In this document: piece after piece, positions 36,248 through 50,244 of the stretch | Layout: every line of letters begins with the position of its first letter | Numbering within the stretch: position 1 is the stretch's first letter | Assembly: GCA_037447605.1 (NCBI GenBank) | Contig: CM074819.1 | Span: forward strand, 496,001-560,000 | Direction: 5' to 3' | Source of the DNA: Zygnema circumcarinatum SAG 698-1b | Lineage: Eukaryota; Plantae; Zygnematophyceae | Length of the DNA stretch: 64,000 nt | The notes under the pieces: generated by a model | What the model was told of the DNA's origin: nothing | The model's input: the letters and a program-made list of their open reading frames with translations, nothing else | Databases searched by the model: none | Position numbers and translations under genes: made by a program

Positions 36248-36593
36248 GGTCAACGGCTGACCGTCCGCCTGCCGGCCGCAGGCACCGTTTCGAGTGCCCT
36301 CCGTCCGTACAGGGACAAGTGCCGCGCAAGTGGCCACCTTGCGCGTATCCTTTGGTCAACAAGTAATCATATGAAATGATTAAAAAACTATGACCGTACA
36401 CCCACGCTGTGGTCGGCCACGTGCTAATCAGAACAAATTTTCGCAACTTGGACACTTGACAAAATCGTGAAACTAAAGTGTCGAAAACCCCACCAGTCAG
36501 CACTCGCCACGTGGCCCAGACCGACATTCATTGACCAGCCATGATCACGTCATTGACCAAATTGTACAAATTGGAACACGACCGTATTTGACC
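36248..36593. promoter_or_regulatory. Five W-box (TTGACC) motifs upstream of WRKY B
   Basis: GGTCAA at 36248 and 36354; TTGACC at 36531, 36553 and 36588. Function is inferred. Confidence 0.35.
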
Positions 36594-37949
36594 GTACAGT
36601 TTTAGTACATTTCAAAAGGGCCCCCGTGTGCTGCCAAATCTTCGTTATCGCTCGAGCGTGTGCCTTCGTACACACAATTTGTCGTTTAGCGCTGTTTTAC
36701 AGAGCGTCGCGAGACGAGATTCCCTGGCAGGCCCCAGCGGAACAATCTCGCGGCGGCGGTGGGCCCTCCGGACCGTCCGATGTGATCGACTGGCAGGCAA
36801 TCGATGGCGGAGAGGGGCCCTCGGGTCGCGGAATCCGCGGCTGTGGACGGCGGCTTGTCGGATCGTACGGAGGGAATGGCGGCGGCGGGGGGAGGGGGGC
36901 CGGCCAGGGAGCGCTAAGTAGTGGGAGGGGGGGGAGGGAGAGGGAGACAGAGCGAGAGAGGGAGACGGAGAGACAGACGGAGAGGGAGAGGAAGAGGGAG
37001 GAGGCGGAGACAGAGACGGAAGCGAGCAGAGGGAGAGGAGGGAGCTGGCGGCTGCAGGTAAGAGGAATAAAACGAGTGGAGGGAGGGAGAGGGGGGGAAG
37101 GCGGAGGGAGGGGGGAGAGAGTGGGAGGAAGGAAGGGCGAGGAGGAGAGGGAGAGATGGGGGGAAGGGAGATGGGATGGGAGAGAGGAGAGGGATGGGTG
37201 GGAGGGACGAGGGAAGAGGGAAAGAGGGAGGATAGGAAGAGAGTGAGTGAGGGGGAGATGGGATAGGGTGAGAGAGGGGAGGGGAAGGAGAGAAAATGTA
37301 GTGGAGAAGGAAGGAGTAGAGGAGGAAAAGGAGGTTCTGGGGAACGAGTGAGGGAGTAATGTGGGTGATAAGAGAGAGGAGGAGAGAGGGAGAGGGAGCA
37401 GAGGGAGAGGGGTGGAGCGAGGAAGGGGGGAAAGCAGCCGGATCTAGCGGCTGAAGCAGAGAATTTGAGTCGCGGATTAATATGGGAGAAAAGGAAGGAG
37501 AGAGAGAGAGAGAGATGAGGTATAAGTGAAACAGGACGAGGGAGAGGGCTAAAGTAAGGTATTGTTGGGGGACATTGGGAAAGAGAGGGGAAGAGAAAGA
37601 AAGAGAGAGAGAGAGAGAGAGAGAGGGGGAGAGAGAGGGAGCTGGTGGCTGGATGCGGGAGTGTGGTAGTGAGAGAAGTGGGGAGAAAATGAGAGATGTA
37701 GGAAGGTGGTGAGAGAATGAGGGAGAGGAAGAGTGGAGGAGTGAGGAAATGAGGGAGGAACAATCAAAAGGTTTGGAGAGTGAGAGAGAGAGAGAGAGAC
37801 GGCTATTGACTTAGAGCTGTGTGAAGTTTTAATTGAACTCTCTCCCTCCCTCCCTCCCACTCTCTTGCAGTTGGAGAGCCCCACCAAACTTCCCCGTTCC
37901 ATGCAAAATTCAGTTGCGTTGGAATATAAATTGCACTCCTGTTGGCCCC

Positions 37950-38393
37950 ATGAAACGAAGCGACGACGGCGAACTGCAAACTGGTGGAGCGCATGGAACT
38001 GCGTTGTCCAATTATGTGGAACGGCAAACGGAACAGGATGACATGGAAACGGAGGAGGCGGGCGACAGCAGAGGGAACTCGAGCCGCGAGAGCGGAGGAA
38101 CAACGCACAGCGGAGAGGAGGAGGAGGAGGAGGAGGAGCCTCGCAGCTCCAAAAAAGTGAGTAGTATTAAAAGAATTTAAAATATAGAAATTGGAAATCA
38201 GAAACCGAATAAAATTAGATATTTTAAAAGAAAAACTATACTAAATTTGAAAAAAATAATAAATTTAACTGTAAGGGAATTTTTTATTTGATCCCTGAAG
38301 GAAGAGAGCGAGGCGGCGTCTGGACATTCCGAACGATGGGTGCCTTTGGCAGAAGTACGGACAAAAGCACATCAAGGGGACCTCCATCATCAG
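37950..38393 (+). other. Duplicate of WRKY B exons 1-2 with a 2-nt difference (assembly overlap, allele or partial pseudo-copy)
   Basis: 37189-38412 repeats at 38423-39638 across a 10-N gap. This copy reads GAGCCTCGC where the other reads GAGGGCCTCGC, putting the exon 1 donor out of phase with exon 2. Confidence 0.6.
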
Positions 38394-39183
38394 GTGAGGG
38401 AGGGAGGGAGGGNNNNNNNNNNGAGGGATGGGTGGGAGGGACGAGGGAAGAGGGAAAGAGGGAGGATAGGAAGAGAGTGAGTGAGGGGGAGATGGGATAG
38501 GGTGAGAGAGGGGAGGGGAAGGAGAGAAAATGTAGTGGAGAAGGAAGGAGTAGAGGAGGAAAAGGAGGTTCTGGGGAACGAGTGAGGGAGTAATGTGGGT
38601 GATAAGAGAGAGGAGGAGAGAGGGAGAGGGAGCAGAGGGAGAGGGGTGGAGCGAGGAAGGGGGGAAAGCAGCCGGATCTAGCGGCTGAAGCAGAGAATTT
38701 GAGTCGCGGATTAATATGGGAGAAAAGGAAGGAGAGAGAGAGAGAGAGATGAGGTATAAGTGAAACAGGACGAGGGAGAGGGCTAAAGTAAGGTATTGTT
38801 GGGGGACATTGGGAAAGAGAGGGGAAGAGAAAGAAAGAGAGAGAGAGAGAGAGAGAGAGGGGGAGAGAGAGGGAGCTGGTGGCTGGATGCGGGAGTGTGG
38901 TAGTGAGAGAAGTGGGGAGAAAATGAGAGATGTAGGAAGGTGGTGAGAGAATGAGGGAGAGGAAGAGTGGAGGAGTGAGGAAATGAGGGAGGAACAATCA
39001 AAAGGTTTGGAGAGTGAGAGAGAGAGAGAGAGACGGCTATTGACTTAGAGCTGTGTGAAGTTTTAATTGAACTCTCTCCCTCCCTCCCTCCCACTCTCTT
39101 GCAGTTGGAGAGCCCCACCAAACTTCCCCGTTCCATGCAAAATTCAGTTGCGTTGGAATATAAATTGCACTCCTGTTGGCCCC

Positions 39184-42100
39184 ATGAAACGAAGCGACGA
39201 CGGCGAACTGCAAACTGGTGGAGCGCATGGAACTGCGTTGTCCAATTATGTGGAACGGCAAACGGAACAGGATGACATGGAAACGGAGGAGGCGGGCGAC
39301 AGCAGAGGGAACTCGAGCCGCGAGAGCGGAGGAACAACGCACAGCGGAGAGGAGGAGGAGGAGGAGGAGGAGGGCCTCGCAGCTCCAAAAAAGTGAGTAG
39401 TATTAAAAGAATTTAAAATATAGAAATTGGAAATCAGAAACCGAATAAAATTAGATATTTTAAAAGAAAAACTATACTAAATTTGAAAAAAATAATAAAT
39501 TTAACTGTAAGGGAATTTTTTATTTGATCCCTGAAGGAAGAGAGCGAGGCGGCGTCTGGACATTCCGAACGATGGGTGCCTTTGGCAGAAGTACGGACAA
39601 AAGCACATCAAGGGGACCTCCATCATCAGGTGAGGGAGNNNNNNNNNNGGGGAGGGAGGGGAGGGAAGGAGGGAGGGAGGGAGGGAGGGAGGGAGGGAGG
39701 GAGGGAAAGGGCCCCTGCTGTGACACTATTTCTGAATCACTCTCTCTGACTCTTTGCCGCAGGTACTACTACAAATGCGGATTATTTAAAGAAGCGAATT
39801 GCCCGGGAAAGCGCACTGTGGAGTATGACACAGAGAGACCGGAAAAGCTCCAAATTCGATACCCAGAGGCTCACTCCCACCCCTTAGCTCCTCTGAACTC
39901 TTCGAAGAAGCAGGCTCGCATCTTCCTCTCTCAAGCAAGCCAAGCTTCGCTTCAACCTCCCACTCTCTCTCCATCCCACTCTCCCTCTCCCCCTGGTTTT
40001 ACATCCCCCTCAACCACCCCCACTAGCACTCCCTCTCTCCCTTCCCCTCTCCCTCTGCCTCAACCTCACCCTCTCCCTCTCCCACTCCCTCTCCCTCTCC
40101 CGGACCCTTCCTCCCTCCTCCATCGACCATCACCGACCATGTATTCTTCTTCCCTACAGTACTTAGCACCCAGCCATGGCAGCGAAGGAGCGCCCTCCGA
40201 TCTCATACAAAGCTTCTCTCTCGCGAACCCACTTTTGACAAGATCAACGGAAGGATCAATTGTGGATCTCGGATCATCTGGTCTGAGATCCACTCTTGAT
40301 GCTCTCTCATGGGTTCCAGATCAAGTGGAGTTTCAGTCCGAAGCTTTAAGCTACGATGGATCGGTGGGTCCACTTGAAGGAGTTGATCCGGTTCAACTTC
40401 CTGTTGGAGGGTTAATTTCTGGGGACAAGCTTTTCAGCTCTGTGCACTCAGCGCTGTATGAAGAAGACTCAGACATTCTTCCAATCATGGGATTCGAACC
40501 ACCCTCCTCCTTCTCTACCTCCTCTCTCTCCTCCCTTCCCTCCCTCACCACTCGCTCCTCCTCGTCTTCCCTTTCTCTCTCCTCCTTCCCACCTTTCTCG
40601 AGTCATTCCTCCCACTCCCTTCTTTCCCCCTCCTCCCTCTCCTCCCACTCCTCCCTCTCTCTCTCCTCCCTTACATCCCTCTCGACTCTCTCCGCCCACT
40701 CAGACTCCGCTCGCGTGCCTATCCTCTCTCCTGCCCCTCTCTCCTCTCTCCCCCCTCTCTCCCCTCTCTCCTCCCTCTCCTCTCTCTCTTCTCTCTCGCC
40801 TCTCTTCTCTCTCCCTCCCTCAGCGGAGGCCCATGCCGACCGGCCATGGCTGCCGTACCTGCAAGCACCGACCCCAAGTTCGGCGGTTTCTATTGATCCG
40901 TTGGCTCTCCTCGGAGGGGGGAACAGTTTGCGCGTGGAAGANNNNNNNNNNGGGGAGGGAGGGGAGGGAAGGAGGGAGGGAGGGAGGGAGGGAGGGAGGG
41001 AGGGAGGGAAAGGGCCCCTGCTGTGACACTATTTCTGAATCACTCTCTCTGACTCTTTGCCGCAGGTACTACTACAAATGCGGATTATTTAAAGAAGCGA
41101 ATTGCCCGGGAAAGCGCACTGTGGAGTATGACACAGAGAGACCGGAAAAGCTCCAAATTCGATACCCAGAGGCTCACTCCCACCCCTTAGCTCCTCTGAA
41201 CTCTTCGAAGAAGCAGGCTCGCATCTTCCTCTCTCAAGCAAGCCAAGCTTCGCTTCAACCTCCCACTCTCTCTCCATCCCACTCTCCCTCTCCCCCTGGT
41301 TTTACATCCCCCTCAACCACCCCCACTAGCACTCCCTCTCTCCCTTCCCCTCTCCCTCTGCCTCAACCTCACCCTCTCCCTCTCCCACTCCCTCTCCCTC
41401 TCCCGGACCCTTCCTCCCTCCTCCATCGACCATCACCGACCATGTATTCTTCTTCCCTACAGTACTTAGCACCCAGCCATGGCAGCGAAGGAGCGCCCTC
41501 CGATCTCATACAAAGCTTCTCTCTCGCGAACCCACTTTTGACAAGATCAACGGAAGGATCAATTGTGGATCTCGGATCATCTGGTCTGAGATCCACTCTT
41601 GATGCTCTCTCATGGGTTCCAGATCAAGTGGAGTTTCAGTCCGAAGCTTTAAGCTACGATGGATCGGTGGGTCCACTTGAAGGAGTTGATCCGGTTCAAC
41701 TTCCTGTTGGAGGGTTAATTTCTGGGGACAAGCTTTTCAGCTCTGTGCACTCAGCGCTGTATGAAGAAGACTCAGACATTCTTCCAATCATGGGATTCGA
41801 ACCACCCTCCTCCTTCTCTACCTCCTCTCTCTCCTCCCTTCCCTCCCTCACCACTCGCTCCTCCTCGTCTTCCCTTTCTCTCTCCTCCTTCCCACCTTTC
41901 TCGAGTCATTCCTCCCACTCCCTTCTTTCCCCCTCCTCCCTCTCCTCCCACTCCTCCCTCTCTCTCTCCTCCCTTACATCCCTCTCGACTCTCTCCGCCC
42001 ACTCAGACTCCGCTCGCGTGCCTATCCTCTCTCCTGCCCCTCTCTCCTCTCTCCCCCCTCTCTCCCCTCTCTCCTCCCTCTCCTCTCTCTCTTCTCTCTC

Positions 42101-42305
42101 GCCTCTCTTCTCTCTCCCTCCCTCAGCGGAGGCCCATGCCGACCGGCCATGGCTGCCGTACCTGCAAGCACCGACCCCAAGTTCGGCGGTTTCTATTGAT
42201 CCGTTGGCTCTCCTCGGAGGGGGGAACAGTTTGCGCGTGGAAGACTTTATGGACTCTCACACTGATAAAACTTATAATAATATGAAACAAAATACAAATC
42301 AGTAA
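39184..42305 (+). CDS. WRKY: Atypical WRKY transcription factor B (WQKYGQK; C-X7-C-X23-H-X-H)
   Basis: Exons 39184-39392, 39537-39629 and exon 3, which is complete at 41066-42305 and also present as a gap-truncated duplicate at 39763-40941. Domain: WQKYGQKHIKGTSIIR|YYYKCGLFKEANCPGKRTVEYDTERPEKLQIRYPEAHSH. Confidence 0.9.
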
Positions 42306-42313
42306 AATATAAT

Positions 42314-42701
<388 letters not shown>

Positions 42702-45069
42702 CGTTCACATTGAACCTGTGCATACCTGAAACTATATTTTGGGTACAATTGAGGTAGGCAAATGTAAATTTAAGGGTTAGCTGACTTTTCTATGTATGTA
42801 TTTTTGTCTTTTTAGTTTCAGTTCCAGGTCCACCGTTGTACGGAGTCAGCAGCGAACAAAAAAGAAAAATTCCCTTAAAGAGGAAAAAAAATGGCGATAA
42901 TCACTGTGTGTTTCATTGTTCGGTTTTTTTTTATGTTTTTTTGGTTGTGTTGAAGTTGCATGAGCCATAGTGGGCGTTGGTTTTTTGATGGGTGGGTCGT
43001 GGCTAGGACTGGTTCATGAGGGGAGCATGTCTTTGTTCAACAACTGTTTGCATGTGGGGAGAACAGAAATGTCAGAGCAAAACCACGAGGGGCTGTCAAT
43101 AATATATTGCTTTAACTAAAACTTTTTGCGGATGTAAAAAGATGGCAATGCCCATGGCCCATATGAAATCGGAAAGTGCACCATGTTTGGAAATATTTTG
43201 GGAGTGAATTTTATAATGAAAGCCAATCAAGGCTAACCACGTCACAATTATCGCACACGTGACACCCTGTGATTTGTTCGTTCAACATTGTTTTTTTGGC
43301 TGTGTCGTTAGTTTGGACACGAGAGTAAACGTCACGTAACCCGGATCCATGTGTGCCTTCACATGCCACAGTTGAGGGCGCAGTCGTTGTTGCCGTTACG
43401 TCGGACAGAGAACGCCTGGCGCCACCGACATATGATGCGTGCCTGACAGCTGGCACGATCTAAGCGCGACAAATGACACGTGGAAGCCTGCACCTGAAGC
43501 AACAGAAAATACAAACCGACAAGTTAGCTAAACGACAAAACTATTTGTGGTAGTTTATGGAGCAAGTTGCGCCGCAAGTGGATAATACGAACAAAAAAGA
43601 GCACGCGCGCCATAACTCAATGTCCGTACTGTCGGCCGTACAAAGATTTCAGGACACTTCTATCTGTACGGCTTAAATTACGTGGCGACCTCTGATTGGC
43701 AGAGGTCGGGGCCGGCGGGAGTAAACGATTTTTTGGCCATACGTAATGATTGTATTTGACCAAGTTGTCAAGTTGTCAACTTGCAAAAGAAACAAATTCG
43801 GCCGAGAATCGAGGGACCAAGCTGACTGATATTCGAACAGCACATACATCTCTGTCGCCTAGCGCCAACTTGCCACATCCGCAAGTTGCCGACTTGGACG
43901 CTTCTGACACAAGACCGAAAAATTGCGGCTGATCAATCAGATGTTCCCACGTGTCCATTTGCACATCTAGTCAGAATTTCGACCAATCAGAGGCTTCGGC
44001 TGAGTACGGACAAACCTCGATTTTCCCAAACGAGTTGTCCACTTGCAGCCGTCAGATCCGCAATCATATCGCACCGACGGCCAAGATTGTACGGACACTT
44101 CCCGGGCCGTGTCGGCTTGCGGTCTTGGTCAAGCCGAAAATTGGGCGCGAGCCGTTGACTTAATTATGGCCCGCCCTTGGGGGGCGTGGCGTGATCGTTG
44201 CCGTCCGCTGCGATGAGTAGACGGCGGAGATGCGGCTGACGGCCGGCAGCGGATTTTGCGCGTTCGGGCGAGGGCGAGGGCGGCACGTTCGGGGGGACGG
44301 TTGTCGGCGGAGAGTGGGACTTGAAATAGCGGGAGGGAGGGAGGGAGAGGGGCACAGTGAGAGAGAGAGAGTGAGAGAGGGAGAGTGGGAGAGGGAGAGA
44401 GAGGGAGAGAGGAGAAAAGAGGAAGAGAGAGACAGACAGAGAGGAGGGAAGTGGAGGACGAGGAGAAAGCGGGAAAGCGAGAAGAGGACACGCATTGAAA
44501 AAGGTGAGCGAGGGAGAGGGAGAGGGAGGGAAGGAGGGAGAGAACAAGACAGGTGTGAGAGAAAAACATGAGGCGGGAGAGCGAGTGTGGGAGGGGGAGG
44601 GGGAAAGGGGCGAGAAAGGGAGGGAGTAGAGAGAGGGGAAGGGAGGGAGTGTGGAGGGCAGGGGAGGGAGGGAGTGGAGGGACGGGGAGGGGGAGGGAGT
44701 GAGAGGGGGAGAAAGAGAGGGGGAATCTGGACATGCAAACAATTTAGTTGGTAAATGAGCAGAGAGAGAGAGAGTGAGAGAGAGTGAGCGTTCCTCCATT
44801 GAACCCTAAAAACCCTAAAAAACCGCAACCCTAATGCTAAACCCTAAAAACTTTAGACCTAATTTAAAAAACCAGCCCCTGTTCTTAAACCTATTCTCAA
44901 ACCATTCTCCCTTTTTTTTTTCCTTACAGGAAAAAATCGACCTCATTTTCTTGCTTAGAAGAAAAAGAGATCATTAGACAAAGATTTCTGTGCTCGACTT
45001 TCCGTTCCAGTCAGACCAGCTCCGTTTCCGTTTCAGTTACAGTTACAGTTTCCGTTCCGTCGGACGGTC

Positions 45070-47027
45070 ATGGAGCCGGCGGACTATTTGGAGCCGTTGG
45101 AGCTGACGGACATTCAGGTCGAATTCGATGAATTTTGGCGACACATGGACGGAAGGAACGGAACTGAAACGGAACTGGTCGAGGCCATGGAAACGGACGA
45201 GAAGGGCGGGGAAAGCGGCGGGACTTCGAGCCGCGAGAGCGGCGGAACGACTCACAGCGGAGAGGAGGAGGAGGGCCACTCAATACCCAAAAAGTGAGTG
45301 ACCATTATTTAAGAAGAATTTTTAATTTACATTTTTTTTTTTTTTTCGGTGTAGGACAAGGTTCAAGAAAGATATTTTTTATTGATTGTTTTTTTTTTGT
45401 GTAATGGTGTGGAAGCAGAAGGAGAGCGAGGCGACGTCTGGACATTCCGAACGATGGGTGCCTTTGGCAGAAGTACGGACAAAAGCACATCAAGGGGACC
45501 TCCATCATCAGGTGAGGGAGGGAGGGAGGGAGGGATAGCTACTTAGGGACGGAGGGAGGGAGGGGGGGGGAGGGAGAGAGGGAGGGAGGGAGGGAGGGGA
45601 GGGAGGGAGGGAGGGGAGGGATGGAGGGGAGGGATGGAGGAAGGGAGATTGGGAGGGAAAAAGAGAGAGACAGCGAGCGAAATTGAGAGAGAGAGAGAAG
45701 AGAAAAAGAAAAGAGACCGTGTTCTGACTCTTTCTTTCACTCCTTCCCTCTCTGCAGATACTACTACAAGTGCAGCCTATTTAAGGAGGCAAAGTGCCCT
45801 GGAAAACGGACCGTTGAATACGACACAGAGAACCCGCAGAAGCTTCACATTCGATACCCTGAGGGTCACTCCCACCCCTTAGCACCTCCCAATGCCTCCA
45901 AAAAGGTCGCGAGAATGATCCTCTCTCAAGCAGGCCAGACCTCCCTCCGCCCTACCTCTCCCTCTACCTCTCCCTCCCACTCTCTCTCACCTTCTCGCTC
46001 CCGTCCCCCTCCTCCTTCCTCCCTCCCCTCTCCCACTACCCCCTCGGGCTGCTCTCATCAGCACTCCCACAATGCTCCGCTTCAGACGGTTGCCGAATTG
46101 GGTCCTTCAAAAACTGGTTTTTTGGAGCAAACCCATTTGAGGCCTCAAGTTTTTAACGCGGCGAAACCTCTTCCGAAGGTAGAACCCTACGAAAATCTCC
46201 GAGAAACTGCCCAAACGATGGAAAAAACCGAGTTTTTGGGGTCCAACTCAGTTTTTAGGGCTGTGAGAGAGGAGGCACAATCTGCCGCCATGGGTTCGAC
46301 TATGAGCTCTCTCCCATCCAGCAATGGCTGCAATAATAGGTTCACAAAGAGTCGGAGCTTTCCAGAATCTTCGATCTCCGAGATGGGTCCATCCAACGGT
46401 CGAAAACCAAGCGGTTTGGATGCGGAGTTTGACACTTTAGCATGGGTGAGGGAGCAGCTTGAAGTTCCGGAGACTCCCAGATCCACATTTTCTGACACAG
46501 CTGCGGATCCACTTACTAGAATTGACCCAGTTCAACGTTCTCTGGAGAGATCAAGATCCACCGGACTCTTCCCCGAAACGATGACTTCTGGAAATTTTGG
46601 AACAAGGGGAATGACGGATTCGAACCGCCTGTCTCAAGCAGCTATAGAAGCCTTGAGAATTCTCGCCATGTCAACATCAAATGCAGCGAATTCTCCCTAC
46701 AATCTCACTCCTCTCTCTACCCTCTCCTCTCTTTCCACTCTCTCCTCACTCTCCGCTCTCTCCTCCTCTCTCTCCACTCTCTCCGCTCTCTCCGCTCTCT
46801 CGTCCATCTCCTCCCTCTCTACCTCCAGGAGAAGCTATTATGCTGAGCCTCCCACTTCCCAGCCATGGCTGCCATACATGCAAGCTTCCAATACTGCAAG
46901 GGGGGAAGCCATGAATATGAGCTCTGAGATCAACCCTTTGGCTCTTCTTGGGGGAGGAGACTCCTTGACAGTTGCCGACTTTGTAGATATTCCTCTCAAC
47001 TTCTTCAACTATAGGCCTTCACAGTGA
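45070..47027 (+). CDS. WRKY: Atypical WRKY transcription factor C (WQKYGQK; C-X7-C-X23-H-X-H)
   Basis: Exons 45070-45293, 45419-45511, 45758-47027 with phase-2 introns. Domain: WQKYGQKHIKGTSIIR|YYYKCSLFKEAKCPGKRTVEYDTENPQKLHIRYPEGHSH. Confidence 0.92.
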
Positions 47028-47035
47028 CTGTCCGG

Positions 47036-47144
<109 letters not shown>

Positions 47145-50100
47145 CTCTCTTACTCTCCTTCCCTCACTACTCTCTCTATCTCCTCATTCTTCCTCACTCT
47201 CCCTTCACCCCCTTCCTACCACCCCCCCTTTTTAAGAAGTAAACCCTCCAGTATTGAGGGACTCGCGGAGTTTAGTTTATGTGAATTTCCATTGAGTGAT
47301 AGGTTATAAATTAGAAAGCCGTTTAAAGTTAAGCGGTTGCTTTGAAGAAACGGCAGTGGACCTTCTTGAAAGCATCAATTTTGTTACCAGAGAGATAAGA
47401 AATGTTGAAAATTAGCGGATGTTCATTTTACCCAGCTTGAATAGTTTTTTCGCCTATTGTATGGGGTCTACAAATGGAGCTATCACTGCCTTTTTTTTCC
47501 CCCCTATAATGCAAGGCTACATTATGAATGTGGATTTTAAAAGAGCTGACAGCTGTAGCTCAAGAATGGGTGATGGATGAGGTGAGATGGGGGTGTGATG
47601 ATGGATGTACTGGGCATGGGGATGGGGTCATGCATGGCATGGTGATACATGGCATGGAGATGGGGTCCATGCATGGCACGGTGATACATGGCATGGGGAT
47701 AGGGTCATGCAAGGCACGGTGGTACATGGCATGGGGATGGGTTCATGCATAGCATGGTGATACATGGCATGGGGATGGCCATGCATGGCATGGTGATACA
47801 TGACATGGGGATGGGGCCATGCATGATGTGCTCCACATAGCTGCCACGCACTGACAGATGCATGCACACTGCTTTCCATCAATTCAACTGTTTTCCGTTT
47901 CTCCGTTTGCCCGTTCTGTTCCAGTTTCTGTTACCAAATTTGTCCCAAAGACGATCTCCACAAGACTTAAACCCATTCCACTTAGATTAGGAGGCCTACA
48001 AGCCTGTAAAGGCATGAAACACGAAACGCCAAAAAGCCGTTCCATGTCCAAAGGACCCATGTAACCTCCTCCTGTTCCGTGCTGATCGGGAAACAGGTAC
48101 TGTTAAACTGTCTCCGTTGAACAAACCGTTTAACTGTTGCCATCGCCACCGAACAGCGAACTGGCCATCCTACATGGCAGCGTGAATTACCGTTACTGTT
48201 ACACACCTCCGTTGAACAGCGAGCAAAACAGCCTTTCCGTTCCATGTTCGTACTGCCCCTCTCCTGCCCCTCCATTCGAAAAAGAACGACACATCCAATA
48301 AACATACATGGAACCCAAATCACGCCGTTAAACGCTCAGTTCAAGAACCAACGGCCCAACCTCAAGACCTCACCATGCCGTTCCAGTTCTAGTTCAACGG
48401 TGAACGGGACAGCCCTCCCGTTCCATGCTCTCTCACTGTCACGTCACGTCACCCGTCCGTCCGTCCGTCCCTCCCCGCCGGCAGCGAGTCCTCCGAGGGG
48501 CCATGGCGGCTTCTCCGAGGACCTCCGCCCCGCCCGCCCGCCATGCAGCGGGAGGAGGGGGAGGGGGGCCAGGCCTGCCCCGCCCGCCATGGCCGGGGGA
48601 GGGCGGGCGGGGAGGCGGAGAGGCCGAGGGGAGAATTAGGGTTTGCGGGGAGACATGTGGCAGAAGCCTGTCAAGTCTTTCCGGGAATCTCTTCCAAGAC
48701 AGGGGGACTCCGGGGGAGGCCGCCATGGCCGGGAAGAGGGAGATGGGTGGAGAGGGGAGGTGAAGAGGGAGTGGGAGTGGGAGAGGGAGAGGGAGAGCGA
48801 GAGGGAGAGGGAAGGGGAGAGGGAGAGGGCAGGGGAGAGGGAGAGGGAGGGGGAGGGGGGTATGGGGACGGGAGTGGCGAGGTGGGAGGGAGGAGGGGGC
48901 GGGGAGGCGTGGAGGATTCGGCAGGAGATGGAGGCGGAGTGGTGGGTGTGGCATGGCAGGCATGGGGGGAGATGCATGAATATATGCGAGGGGGATGTGT
49001 GTCTGTGGTGTATGTGTGTATGTATGAGTGTATGCCTGGAGTTTGTGGGAACTTATAGGAATGAAAATTTAGGGTTGAGTTTAGGGAGAGAGAAGAGGAA
49101 GTCGAGGGAGGGTTAGGGAGAAAGAGACGCAAAAAGGATTTGGATTTTGCGGGTGGAGGGAGGGAGGGAGGGAGGGAGGGAGGGAGGGATGGAGGGAGGA
49201 AGGGAGGGAAGGAGGGAAGGGGGGTTGAGACGTGTGGGAGCGAAGGTGAAGAGCTGGAGGGAGTGAGGAAGGGCAAGCATGGAGGGAAGAAAACAGGGAG
49301 GAGGGGAGGACGGAAGTGAAGAGGTAGTGGAGCAGCGATAGAGAAGAAGGGAGAGGAAGAGGAAAAAAGTAGAGATGCCGCATGAAGCGGCGGTTAGACG
49401 TCGGGAAAAAAGGATTAATAATGAATTAAATTTGTCCATGCTCAGGCCAAGATTTTGGCCAGTTTCGATACATTCCCTGTCGCTATGGCTCGCCCTCCTT
49501 TTCTCTTTCGTTCTTCCCCTCTCTTGCACCATTTTTTTTTCATTTTCCAAACCCTTCTGCTGTCCCTCTCTCTGTCCCGCCGCCAATATTCTCTCTTCCT
49601 CTCTCTCCCCCAAGTCCTGCTGCTCTCTTCCTCCCTCTCTCTCTCCCTCTCCCTCTCCTCTCCCTCTCCCTCCCTCTCCCTCCCTCTCCCTCTCCTCTCC
49701 CTCTCCCTCTCCCTCTCTCCTCTCCCACTCCCTCTCCTCCTCTCCCTCCCTCTCCCCTGGACCTCCCCTTCCCTCCCTCTCCCTCCCTCCCCTCCCCCTC
49801 CCCCTCCCCCTCCCCCTCCCCCTCCCCCTCCCCCTCCCTCTCCTTCTCCCTCTCCCTCTCCCTCTCCCTCTCCCTCTCCCTCTCCCTCTCCCTCTCCCTC
49901 TCCCTCTCCCTCTCCCTCTCCCTCTCCCTCTCCCCCTCCCTCTCCCTCTTCCTCTCCCAAGCACTGCTCCTCTCCCTCTCTTCCTCGTCGTCCTCCCCCC
50001 TCCCCTCCCCCTCCCCCTCCCTCTCCCTCTCCCCCTCCCTCTCCCTCTCTCTCCCTCTCCCTCTCCCCCTCCCTCTCCCTCTCCCTCCCTCTCCCTCTCT

Positions 50101-50244
50101 CCCTCTCCCTCTCTCTCCCTCTCCCTCCCCTCCCTCTCCCTCCCTCTCCCTCCCTCTCCCTCTCTCCCTCTCCCTCTCCCTCTCCCTCTCCCTCCCCCTC
50201 TCCCTCTCCCTCCCCTCTCCCTCTCCTCTCTCCATCTCCTGCAG

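Noticed and set aside
39649-42244. Real tandem duplication of WRKY B exon 3, counting as a fourth WRKY gene
   Set aside because: The copies appear identical (offset 1303) and both junctions are 10-N gaps, typical of unmerged contig overlaps.
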